A stretch of 63,560 nucleotides of DNA from a virus (taxonomy: Duplodnaviria > Caudoviricetes), in the IMG/VR virus record IMGVR_UViG_3300030382_003361, positions 1 to 63,560 of that record, one strand, 5' to 3'. The number at the start of each line of letters is the position of its first letter. Positions within the stretch are counted from its first letter, which is position 1. A program made the position numbers and the translations under genes. A model generated the notes under the pieces. The model made no database searches. It saw only the letters and a program-made list of their open reading frames with translations, and was not told the DNA's origin. Shown here piece after piece: positions 46,001 through 54,570 of this stretch.

Positions 46001-48158
46001 CTGCTGGGTAAGAAAAAGTGGAAATGCTCAATACTTTTGTAATGATGGGGCTATTCCTCGATGTTGGGAGTGGACAGAATATTATAACGGACATATAAAA
46101 ACAACAATAGAAGTAACAAGAGGGGGTGCTTTAATGGTTTTTGAAACTATCCCCGAAGAAGTAGACCCTAATTTATTTTATGACGCTTCGGATATTTACT
46201 CCATTGGCCCTGATCCAGCAACAGGAACAGGTCGTTTTCATTTAGCCCAACGAACTTTTACCCCTCCTACCGGGCCTTATCTTTTAAACAGTCTTAATTG
46301 GAACGACAAAGACGGGGTTTTTACTATTGGCCAACAAGACCAAACAGGAGCATTACCTTTAGAGTCAGTTATAGATTTTGCTAATTGTTATACGTTTGGA
46401 AATGGAGTGGAAAGTATGCGAATTTTAGATCGAGCCGGACAGAAGTATTTTAATTTAGGAGAAAGAGTATTAGCTGTGTCGAATCAAGATTTTAAAGAGT
46501 CGGACAGATTTGCCGGCATGACGTATAGCGGAGTATATAGTGGACCGGCTAATTCTAATAATCTCAATGAGTTTAATTTAGGGTTGGTTAACTATAAAGA
46601 TTGCGAACCATCTTTTGGCCCTATTCAAATTTTACACTCAAGAGAAACCGATATTTTATGCCTACAAGAAGACAGAATTTCGTATGTATTAGCAAGTAAA
46701 AATGTTATTTCTGATTCAACAGGAGGAGGAGCAATTGCTTCTGTTCCAGAGGTTTTAGGAACACAAATTGCCCGTATTGAAGAATTTGGGATAAGTTTTA
46801 ATCCTGAAAGTTTTGCTACCTGGGGGCCTGATATGTTTTTTACTGATGTAAAAAGAGCTTCAGTATTAAATTTACGAGGGTCTTCCCGAACATCCGACCA
46901 ATTACAAGTAATCTCTCAATATGGTATGCGTTCGTGGTTTAGAGATGAATTTGTTGGAGCGATACATACTCAAAAGTTAGGAGGGTATGATCCGTATATG
47001 AATGAATATGTATTGTCAGACAATAGCCGATCTATTCCGTTTCCTATTCCCGAAGTTCCATGCGGCCAAACGTTAACTCAGACCGCCGCGGTTAATCCTT
47101 TAACTTTTATTGTAAATTTAACCCCTGTACCGGGAGTAATTACAGTTAACTATACTATTACAGCAGGAACAATAAATATTAACGGAGTGTGGAATAGCGT
47201 TCCTTTTACCTCAGGAAATGTTAGTACAAGTGGGTCGTTTACTTTTAATAAACTTTATAGCACTCCAGAAGAAGCGGATGTAAATATAGATATTATAAGC
47301 GGTCCGGCTACCTACACGGTAGAATTTGAATGTCCTCCAGAAATACCGCTCACGGTTGTGCAGTTTGTTATTTGTACCCCTAATTATAGTGGACAAACCA
47401 TGCACTATGAGTATGATTGGACTGACATGCCTCCAGGGCCATACATTAGCCCTTTGTCTTCTAACGCCGCTACCTTACAAATTATTCAGCCTTCGGCTTA
47501 TATGTCTAATACAGGAACTCGAGGGGTAGGAATGTTCCCTTATGATGGAGGAAATACAGATATTACATTACAAAGCCATAAGTTAGGTCCGGATACATTT
47601 AATTTTGATCCAGCTATTCATAAATTAAGATGGTTATCTTCTAATACAGTATACCCTAATAATCCCACAGGAGCGACTAATGTTTTAGCAGCTACTACCT
47701 CTGTTGTTCCTATTACTAACCCAAGTGCAGGGTTGTATGAGGCAACCATTATTAATGCTTCTCTTCCGATAGGAAATCAGTATTTATATTTGGTGTGGGA
47801 TTTAAGACGAGTAACGTCGACTACTTTATGTTATTGTGCCGGAACAGCAGCAGAAGCGTGTTGTGAATGTATATGGCCGTGTGAACCAAATTGTTGGTTT
47901 GGACCTCAAACCCCAAGCCAATCTATGGCTTGTACCACAGACACTAATAGTGGAGGAGCGGCCCAATATAGTTTTAATGGAACTGGATTAATTCCCGTAC
48001 AAGCCGATGTGGTATACGATAATCTAAATTGTGATCCGACCGCATATTTAGCGGCTGGGTTTTATATAGTTGACCCTGCTCAACCATCAGGCGCAAGTCC
48101 TAAAAATTGGATAGAGATAGGGTCGTTTGGAACAGTAATAAATACAGGAACATGTTAA
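43047..48158 (+). CDS. Tail nozzle/stabilization protein with Cys-rich extension
   Basis: KMNKSVDERLVP.GQY.DALN, YGNYVDGY, FGISFNPESF, LGGYDPY. Confidence 0.75.
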   Translation: MDVSVDFRLGKMNKSVDERLVPQGQYIDALNVRLGSTELTEVGAVENSMGNTQLSFLEYNNLPLGDARCIGAYEDGMEETIYWFVHDDNNPSSPTGKVDLIVSFEANINVLTYHVVSTEVLNFDWDYLMTAVDKIENLLFFSDDLNPPRVINVTRNYNDESHPTFPLQEQDVGVIVKVPGFEDSTATYDPLPAPFMTMLDLPGQENYMKDRFLSFAYRYRYEDGQYSATSVFTNPAFQPGSFRFDISNFNNASMQNRYNGADITFCTGSQRVVEVDLLYKQTTSNVIYVIERFNKQDLGWANNNYETVQFTNSKIYTTLGSDELLRLYDNVPRIAKASTIQGNRLMYGNYVDGYDVTLTEGGQNIAMNYNTQWVYKQIAGESLALPVTTTGTPYTIDPTNTVNVPDCVIQFDLSGANPTSGPLAAGTTFNFTTTIMHHSTTVNGGNSVNASWQNSSPFSVNWSFTCTTQYADVDAMCASIDFQDKIGSLPGLFQEVFPINYSAFGGTVTDKFNSRIQAPSGTQCEFVNSSITGVCPNPIVPWPYTPTLLYSGTVTNIVANTLEDNTQTFTPPTDPAIGSVVTNTDTGVTATVVSVDSATVLTLSADIFTAAIVPPAPGEAYKIETPAAAAPCVQQGFTYSTIPGGFQLQVIACEYYFDDGLANPDSISIMYEYFYFEAFSSQAGYFSTPNTLSLHSNRDFETGVVYMDDYGRASTVLVSNDNTMFVPPLASVYKNRIKVTLFNLPPYWATKYKFVVKPSQGGYFTVYTFLMYVQEDGSMGDEPSTVWFRLEGDNTNILKVGDELIVKMDTGGPMNTEITTTVLEIKAFSKGEISGGSLPGLYMALKPQGFTTELGPDAVINNGSKSRDSNDTGDCDDGRITDYSLNLISDPSTAYSLPAGSTIRIKIDNWRGGGGGSCDSKSVSYDENFTSTADYPDFYTWAIGDSLASKMTTANASVHEMGISFNPISTTSSTTPGGVSCFNTTCWVRKSGNAQYFCNDGAIPRCWEWTEYYNGHIKTTIEVTRGGALMVFETIPEEVDPNLFYDASDIYSIGPDPATGTGRFHLAQRTFTPPTGPYLLNSLNWNDKDGVFTIGQQDQTGALPLESVIDFANCYTFGNGVESMRILDRAGQKYFNLGERVLAVSNQDFKESDRFAGMTYSGVYSGPANSNNLNEFNLGLVNYKDCEPSFGPIQILHSRETDILCLQEDRISYVLASKNVISDSTGGGAIASVPEVLGTQIARIEEFGISFNPESFATWGPDMFFTDVKRASVLNLRGSSRTSDQLQVISQYGMRSWFRDEFVGAIHTQKLGGYDPYMNEYVLSDNSRSIPFPIPEVPCGQTLTQTAAVNPLTFIVNLTPVPGVITVNYTITAGTININGVWNSVPFTSGNVSTSGSFTFNKLYSTPEEADVNIDIISGPATYTVEFECPPEIPLTVVQFVICTPNYSGQTMHYEYDWTDMPPGPYISPLSSNAATLQIIQPSAYMSNTGTRGVGMFPYDGGNTDITLQSHKLGPDTFNFDPAIHKLRWLSSNTVYPNNPTGATNVLAATTSVVPITNPSAGLYEATIINASLPIGNQYLYLVWDLRRVTSTTLCYCAGTAAEACCECIWPCEPNCWFGPQTPSQSMACTTDTNSGGAAQYSFNGTGLIPVQADVVYDNLNCDPTAYLAAGFYIVDPAQPSGASPKNWIEIGSFGTVINTGTC

Positions 48159-48176
48159 ATTTAAAATTATAGAATT

Positions 48177-50345
48177 ATGCCTTGTGGAACTTTAGGAACC
48201 TACTTTTTTGACGGAACAAGCTTTAGCGGAGCTACAGCCGTCTATACTACCAGCGCTTTAACTACTCCCGCACCTGATGGGTATTACTCTCAGGGAGGAT
48301 TATACCGTCAACAATTCGGGGGATTATTAGGTCCGGTTGTCCCGTGCCCTGCATGTACTATTGACTGTGGAGACCCTATTTTAGGACAAGGAAATCACGG
48401 AAAATATATACTTAATTTACAGTTAGGGTCTACTCCAGGGGCGGCAATTATTACTTTTAACGTAGGAGCTCCAGGCGTAGAATTAGCTGTGCCTGATGGA
48501 TGTACGTGGTTTTATGAAGACGCTGCAGGAACTCCAATCGCAGCTTCAGAATACTCTTCTTTAGTGGGAGGTTATCAAGAAGGTTTAATTGGATGTCAAT
48601 CAGGCTATCCCGCCAGCTGGTATTATTGTAACGGAGGAAATACTATTCAAACCAACATAGGATTCCCTTATGCAAATAGCGGAACAGAGTATACTTACAC
48701 TTCAGGCGCTTGGGCTGTAACGGGAGTCGCTACCATTGGGCCTTATGATGGTATAGTCGCTCCGGCTACACCCGGACAATCTACTTTGTTAGATTGGAAT
48801 TGTACTAATAATTGCGTAGCAGACGTAGCTAACTGTTGTGGTGCTGGAAATTGTGTAGGGTGTGGAATTGCTATTCCAGAATGTACTCCAGGAACTCCTA
48901 TAGCTCCTAATTTGCCTACCGGAACAAACTGGCCACAATGTGGAAATGAGTCGCGAAATGCGGTAATGGTCGTACCTTCTCCCCCTGGAGTCACCAATAC
49001 AGTACTAACAATAGAAGTGGAGGCTCCTTGTGCGGGCACGTGGTGGGCTATTGATGTTCAGTGCCCCGAAGAGCTTACTGCTATACCTTCATCTACGATC
49101 GTTACATCAGGGCCTGTTTGCGATGCCGTTATTACGACGGAGTATTATCATGTCCCTGTGGATGCTTGGGGCAATACTAATCCTAATTCAGGATATGATG
49201 CAGCGCAAGATTTTAATCCGGGAAATGGGGTTGTGGCAGCGGGACAAGCTAAAGGAACATTAGGATGGCATGATTGGATATTTGTAGATAAATATGGAGT
49301 AACTCCTCTTCCGGCTGGAAACTATAAAATGGAGTCTCCAGCAGGATCAGGTACTTATTGGGATGTAAAAGTAGGTATAAATTCTTATGATAGCTGTGAT
49401 CCCTCTTGTAACCCTCCTTTTGCACAATTTCCTCATGCAACCTACCCGCCTACAGGGCCGGTTCAAGACGGAATAGTAGACTCTATGTGCGAATGCCTTC
49501 CACCAGCACCATGCGCCACTCCAATTCCAGGAGCTGGCGGCACGGGAGAGTATTTCTTAAATATCGATTTAGGGGCAACACAAGGGGCTGCTATTGTTAA
49601 ATTTGATCCAATGGCTGTTCCGGACAGATGTGAATGGACGTATGACGGGACGACAGCATCTTATTATTCTCAAAATAATGTACTTAACCCGTCTACCGGT
49701 GATGGATATTTAGAAGGGCTTATTGGCACAATTGGATCGGGAGGGGGATGTACTCCTGCTCAAACTAACGCGGGAACTACTCCTTCTACCTCTTCTGCAG
49801 GAACTATATGGAATTGGAACGGAACTACTTTTATTAACACTCTTACGCCGACCACTATAGGTCCTTATGGAGCGATAATGACAGGGGTTAACGCAACTTC
49901 TTTAACAGCCGCAGCGCCAGCAGGAACAGGAGCTTTCGGACCTCCAATGAGGCAATGGCCTTGTATGGTTATTCCGAAACCTAATGCTTCTCCACAAATA
50001 GCCAATATAATAATAGATGGGCCTTGTGGAGGAACAGCATGGAATGTTCAGGTAATTTGCCCTGGGCCGCTTCCAAGTGTTCCTGTAAATATTGTAAGCA
50101 CGAGTTGCGCAGGGCCTTTCGATGGGGAGATGTTTTTTGCAGATGTAAACTCGGCAACACCTCATTCTTCGACACTAATTGGCTCTAATGATTGGGTGTT
50201 TGAAGATGAAAATGCTGAGACTCCTTATCCTGCAGGGACTTATACTATAGATAATGGAGGTGGAGTGATAGCGTGTGTTGTAATAGCAAATTATGCAGGA
50301 GGAAGCATAGTGCATCAGTATTCATTATGCGCGGGAAGTTGTTAA
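48177..50345 (+). CDS. Cys/Gly/Pro-rich virion protein with internal duplication
   Basis: Two copies of G.Y.LN..LG...GAAI..F...AVPD.C.W.Y...W...V.CP. Confidence 0.75.
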   Translation: MPCGTLGTYFFDGTSFSGATAVYTTSALTTPAPDGYYSQGGLYRQQFGGLLGPVVPCPACTIDCGDPILGQGNHGKYILNLQLGSTPGAAIITFNVGAPGVELAVPDGCTWFYEDAAGTPIAASEYSSLVGGYQEGLIGCQSGYPASWYYCNGGNTIQTNIGFPYANSGTEYTYTSGAWAVTGVATIGPYDGIVAPATPGQSTLLDWNCTNNCVADVANCCGAGNCVGCGIAIPECTPGTPIAPNLPTGTNWPQCGNESRNAVMVVPSPPGVTNTVLTIEVEAPCAGTWWAIDVQCPEELTAIPSSTIVTSGPVCDAVITTEYYHVPVDAWGNTNPNSGYDAAQDFNPGNGVVAAGQAKGTLGWHDWIFVDKYGVTPLPAGNYKMESPAGSGTYWDVKVGINSYDSCDPSCNPPFAQFPHATYPPTGPVQDGIVDSMCECLPPAPCATPIPGAGGTGEYFLNIDLGATQGAAIVKFDPMAVPDRCEWTYDGTTASYYSQNNVLNPSTGDGYLEGLIGTIGSGGGCTPAQTNAGTTPSTSSAGTIWNWNGTTFINTLTPTTIGPYGAIMTGVNATSLTAAAPAGTGAFGPPMRQWPCMVIPKPNASPQIANIIIDGPCGGTAWNVQVICPGPLPSVPVNIVSTSCAGPFDGEMFFADVNSATPHSSTLIGSNDWVFEDENAETPYPAGTYTIDNGGGVIACVVIANYAGGSIVHQYSLCAGSC

Positions 50346-50363
50346 GAAAAAAAATATAAAATT

Positions 50364-51164
50364 ATGCCTTATAGCGAATGTAAAACATTATCATATAGCG
50401 AAGAAGCCAAGGGTTGGCCTTCTTTTTATTCTTTTTGTGCGGACTGGATGCTCGGTATGAATAGTTATTTTTATACTTGGAGTGGAGGAAATTTATGGAG
50501 ACATAATACTAATCCTCTTCGAAACTCTTATTATGGAACGCTTTATCCATCCACTATTACAGGAGTATTTAACGTAGAACCTCAAACTATTAAGCTTTTT
50601 AAAACCATGAGTTTTGAAAGTGATGATAATTGGGCGTGCACCAATTTAACTACTGACTTAGCCAATGGCTCTATGCTTAACACTTGGTTTGTAGAAAAAG
50701 AAGGGGAGTGGTTTACTTTCTTAAGAGAAAACGCGGGCACATTAGATTGGAGAGATAGATCGGCTAATGGAATTGGAGCGGCTAATACCGTGAGTGGGCC
50801 AGTTAACGCTACAGTAATAGATTTTACGGTAGACGTAGGCACTCTTATAAAAGGGCGAACTCCACCAGATATAGGAGATGCGGTATATTTTGGAAATATC
50901 CCTACTTTTGCTGGTTTTGCAACAGCGGTAGTTCCTTTTCAAACAACGGATCCTTTAGGAGTAGTAACTTTAGCTTCTATTACTGTAGACTGTACCACAG
51001 GGGTAGTTCCTGCTCCAACGGACTTTATTTTATTTATTAAAGATGCTGTAGCAGAATCCCACGGAGCCCGCGGATATTTTATGGAATTTACCTTGGAAAA
51101 TAATAATACCAACCCTGTTGAACTGTTTGCGGTAGGGAGTAGTGTAATGAAAAGTTATCCATAG
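50364..51164 (+). CDS. C-terminal part of the stabilization protein as a separate gene
   Basis: TLSYSE..KGWPSFYSF, EKEGEWF, GARGYF, VELFAV. Confidence 0.65.
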   Translation: MPYSECKTLSYSEEAKGWPSFYSFCADWMLGMNSYFYTWSGGNLWRHNTNPLRNSYYGTLYPSTITGVFNVEPQTIKLFKTMSFESDDNWACTNLTTDLANGSMLNTWFVEKEGEWFTFLRENAGTLDWRDRSANGIGAANTVSGPVNATVIDFTVDVGTLIKGRTPPDIGDAVYFGNIPTFAGFATAVVPFQTTDPLGVVTLASITVDCTTGVVPAPTDFILFIKDAVAESHGARGYFMEFTLENNNTNPVELFAVGSSVMKSYP

Positions 51165-51184
51165 ATTTTACTATCTTTGCATAA

Positions 51185-51595
51185 ATGAAATTAAATGTAC
51201 TTCCTTTAACCGAAACTGATTACGAAGAGATTCTATGTCAGTGGTGGAAAGACTGGAGATGGACACCTCCTTCAAGAGATTTTTTGCCGGATAATGGTAC
51301 AGGAGGATTTATGGTGTATGATGATACAACGCCAATTTGTGCAGGGTTTATGTATTTAACAAACTCGAAGGCGGTATGGTGTGATTGGATTATATCGAAT
51401 TTTAGATATAAAGACAAGCAAAAACGAAGAGACGCTTTATTATTATTAGTACGTACTATAAGTAATTTAGCAGAAGATTTGGATAAAAAATTTATTTACG
51501 CATTGATAAAAAATAAACCTTTGGTTGACGTGTACAAAAAAGTGGGTTTTGTAGAAGCAAGCACTTACACTCATGAAATGATAAAAACGATTTAA
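51185..51595 (+). CDS. GNAT-like acetyltransferase-fold protein
   Basis: PICAGFMY, YKKVGF; position before ejection genes; -7 box at 51172-51179. Confidence 0.6.
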   Translation: MKLNVLPLTETDYEEILCQWWKDWRWTPPSRDFLPDNGTGGFMVYDDTTPICAGFMYLTNSKAVWCDWIISNFRYKDKQKRRDALLLLVRTISNLAEDLDKKFIYALIKNKPLVDVYKKVGFVEASTYTHEMIKTI

Positions 51596-51597
51596 TT

Positions 51598-52368
51598 ATG
51601 GCAGTAGTAACCGCAGCGGTAGTAGGTATAGGGACAGGAATATATTCCGCCTATAGTTCTTTCGATAATGCCGCTAAACAAAAACAAGCAGCAGAAGACG
51701 CAGATAGAGAGGCAAAAAAATTAATGAACGACGCTAAGAAAAAAGCTGAAAAAGATCATTATGAAGGTTTAGCCGTTCCATTAGATGCTTATGATGCCGA
51801 ATTTGAAAACATTTTAGCTGGTCAACAACAATCAGTAGAAGCCTTGCAAGAAGGTGATGCGAGAGCGTTAGCATCTGGAGTAGGTAGAGTGGGGGCCGCA
51901 CAACAAGAAGCTACCGAAGAGCAGCGGATAGCTATGGGACAAGATATATATAATTTAGATGTCCAGAAAGCAGAGTCAAAAGACGCTATCAATCAGCAGT
52001 TAATTGAAATGGATGCGGCTGGTGCAAGAGAGCAAAACCTCCGAGCGAGAGAATCCGAACAAGCAAGACAGCAATCTATTCAACAAGGGGTTCAGGCTGT
52101 AGGGCAAACCTTACAATCTGCAGCGAGCCTTGTCCCATTATATAGTCAAAATCGAGCTACCAGAAGAGGAGCAAAAATGGGAGAACAGTTTTCCGACCAG
52201 GGCGTAGGTGAAGGTAAATTTAGAACTAAAGAAGAGTTCCAGTCTGCTTTAGGAGAAAAATATGCGAGTGGAGATATTACTAAACAAATGTATAGAGGAT
52301 TTAAGAAAAACCCATCTTCGTTTAGTTATGAGGCAATTTTTGGCAAAGATTTTGATCCCTATAAATAA
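51598..52368 (+). CDS. Internal virion/ejection protein
   Basis: Hydrophobic Ala/Gly N-terminus, Gln/Ala coiled coils. Confidence 0.65.
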   Translation: MAVVTAAVVGIGTGIYSAYSSFDNAAKQKQAAEDADREAKKLMNDAKKKAEKDHYEGLAVPLDAYDAEFENILAGQQQSVEALQEGDARALASGVGRVGAAQQEATEEQRIAMGQDIYNLDVQKAESKDAINQQLIEMDAAGAREQNLRARESEQARQQSIQQGVQAVGQTLQSAASLVPLYSQNRATRRGAKMGEQFSDQGVGEGKFRTKEEFQSALGEKYASGDITKQMYRGFKKNPSSFSYEAIFGKDFDPYK

Positions 52369-52374
52369 ATATAT

Positions 52375-54570
52375 ATGGCAAAAGGAATTGTAAATTACAC
52401 CCCCCGAGGACCTGCATCAACTAAAAAAGATATTGACTTTGATGTTTACGCAGAAAGAGATGTTACTAAAAGTCAAGTAAATTGGGCGGATGTAGCTAAA
52501 AATATTACAGGAGAACTCGAAACTATTCGAGACGATAGGCAGGGTAGGAAAGCTGAAATCCAAAAAGCTACCGATGAGTCGATGACCCAGTTGGATGATA
52601 TGGGCAAGTATGATAATCAAACACTCATGGATTTGGTTGTAGATGGTTCAAATTTTGCCGCTAATAGTATGAACACCCAGAAAAAACTTATGGAAAAAGG
52701 GTTGATAAAACCCCATGACTATACTAAATTTACTCAAAATGTAAGCTCTGGATTTAAAACGTTCAAGGCTACAGCCGAGGGTTGGGATAAGGATTTTGCA
52801 GAATATACTAAAAGAACAGAAGATGGAACAAATAGTAGTTTAGAAGTGTATTTAGCTAAACAAGTAGAATCCTTTGGTAACATTAATGATATGCAATTAT
52901 ACACCAATCCACAAACAGGAAATATGGCGTTAGCCTCTACTTATGTGGATGATAATGGAATAACGCGTATAAATGAAGACCCTAATAGTCATATTAGTAT
53001 GCAAAGGCTGAATGCACTAAGTAAACAAAGAATAGATAAAGTAAATGTAGGGGAAGTGTCTAAAGTGTATAGCGCTGAATTAGGAACATGGATAACAGCA
53101 GCTTACGATGCGAGTGATAAATCCGTGACCTCGATTGAAGATATAAGAAGGGGTAAAGATTTTCAGGATCTATTAGAAGTAAAGGCTAACCAAGCTATAG
53201 CAAACCCTACCCATGCTGGTAGTATCTTAGCGGATAATAATTTAATGACATCAGATGGAGAAAAATATAGAGGGGGATCTCAGGAGGAGTTTGACCAATG
53301 GGCAAAAGACCATCCTGGAACAGAGAAGATTCAAGTACCGCCTTTGGCTGATGAAACCGAAGGAAATGCTTTTAGGCAATGGGTTAATGATACTTACCCT
53401 GAGAAAGCTACAGAATTTGACTTAGATGCCACAGGAGCTCATGATAATGAATTTATCAAAAAGGCTTATGAGTCATTAGGAGAAGAATACGCCCGAGATG
53501 TATTAGGTATTGAACCTACCGTAGGGGGAGTAGAGAATCCTATTATTGTTATGGAGTATGACCAAAAAACCCAAAGAAAAATTCCAAAGTTAACTGAGAA
53601 CCAAGAAAAAGTAGCCAAAGATTTTGTGAAGTCGGCTATTGAAGGACACTTGCCGCATATAGAAAAAGTACAGCAAGGGAAATTCCCTCCTGCTAAAAGA
53701 GCGCCAACTGCGATTAGTTATGGACAAGAAAAAGAAGAAAAGGTACATACCAGCTTAGTAACCGAATATGACCTTATATTAAGTTCAGATAATCCAGATG
53801 AAATAAACAGATATTTAGATCGTAGAATTAGCGAAAAAAATAAAGCTATCAATACTTATAATGCAGACAATGAAGATGACCAACAGGCTACTATTGAAAA
53901 TAGAGAGGTAACGACAAATGATGCAGGTAATCAGGTAATCCGATTCACTCTCTCCGATGGCACAACAGTAGATGTGGATAGAAGCTTAAGTTATACCGAC
54001 CAAATGGTTCAATTAGACGAAGCATTAAACCCAGAAGGAACTCTTAATTTATCCGAAATTGAAGACGCTGCAAAAAAGATGGAGATTGACATGAATAAGG
54101 AGGGTAGTAAGTATGAAACCGATGGAAAAGTGAAGGTATCAAAATCTCAATTCAAGCAGCCTGATTATAGCCAGCCAAAAATGGTAGGAGGAAAAGTTCA
54201 AACTGCTGACGCATATATACAGAGCGAACTGGGAGCAACCCTTGAGGTAGGAAGTGATAGTGATAATCAAATAAAACAAGTCTTCTCTGAAGCAACAACT
54301 GGATATCTGCCTTCTGACTTTAAAAAATTAATGGCTGAAAACGGAACATCTCTTAAAGTTAAATATGAAGGACGTGGGGCACGAACAGATGTAATGACCA
54401 TGAGTTTAAATGGTATAACGATAACACTTAAGCCACGAAAGACTAATAAATCCGCCACACTATGGCAGACTATCATGGATGATTTAATAAAACCTGCTAT
54501 TGAGAAATCCAACAAAGAACGAGGGGGAGGAACAACGAAAAAGAACGAAGGACGCGGAAATTCAAGATAA
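52375..54570 (+). CDS. Internal virion/ejection protein
   Basis: Large helical protein in podovirus core-gene position. Confidence 0.6.
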   Translation: MAKGIVNYTPRGPASTKKDIDFDVYAERDVTKSQVNWADVAKNITGELETIRDDRQGRKAEIQKATDESMTQLDDMGKYDNQTLMDLVVDGSNFAANSMNTQKKLMEKGLIKPHDYTKFTQNVSSGFKTFKATAEGWDKDFAEYTKRTEDGTNSSLEVYLAKQVESFGNINDMQLYTNPQTGNMALASTYVDDNGITRINEDPNSHISMQRLNALSKQRIDKVNVGEVSKVYSAELGTWITAAYDASDKSVTSIEDIRRGKDFQDLLEVKANQAIANPTHAGSILADNNLMTSDGEKYRGGSQEEFDQWAKDHPGTEKIQVPPLADETEGNAFRQWVNDTYPEKATEFDLDATGAHDNEFIKKAYESLGEEYARDVLGIEPTVGGVENPIIVMEYDQKTQRKIPKLTENQEKVAKDFVKSAIEGHLPHIEKVQQGKFPPAKRAPTAISYGQEKEEKVHTSLVTEYDLILSSDNPDEINRYLDRRISEKNKAINTYNADNEDDQQATIENREVTTNDAGNQVIRFTLSDGTTVDVDRSLSYTDQMVQLDEALNPEGTLNLSEIEDAAKKMEIDMNKEGSKYETDGKVKVSKSQFKQPDYSQPKMVGGKVQTADAYIQSELGATLEVGSDSDNQIKQVFSEATTGYLPSDFKKLMAENGTSLKVKYEGRGARTDVMTMSLNGITITLKPRKTNKSATLWQTIMDDLIKPAIEKSNKERGGGTTKKNEGRGNSR

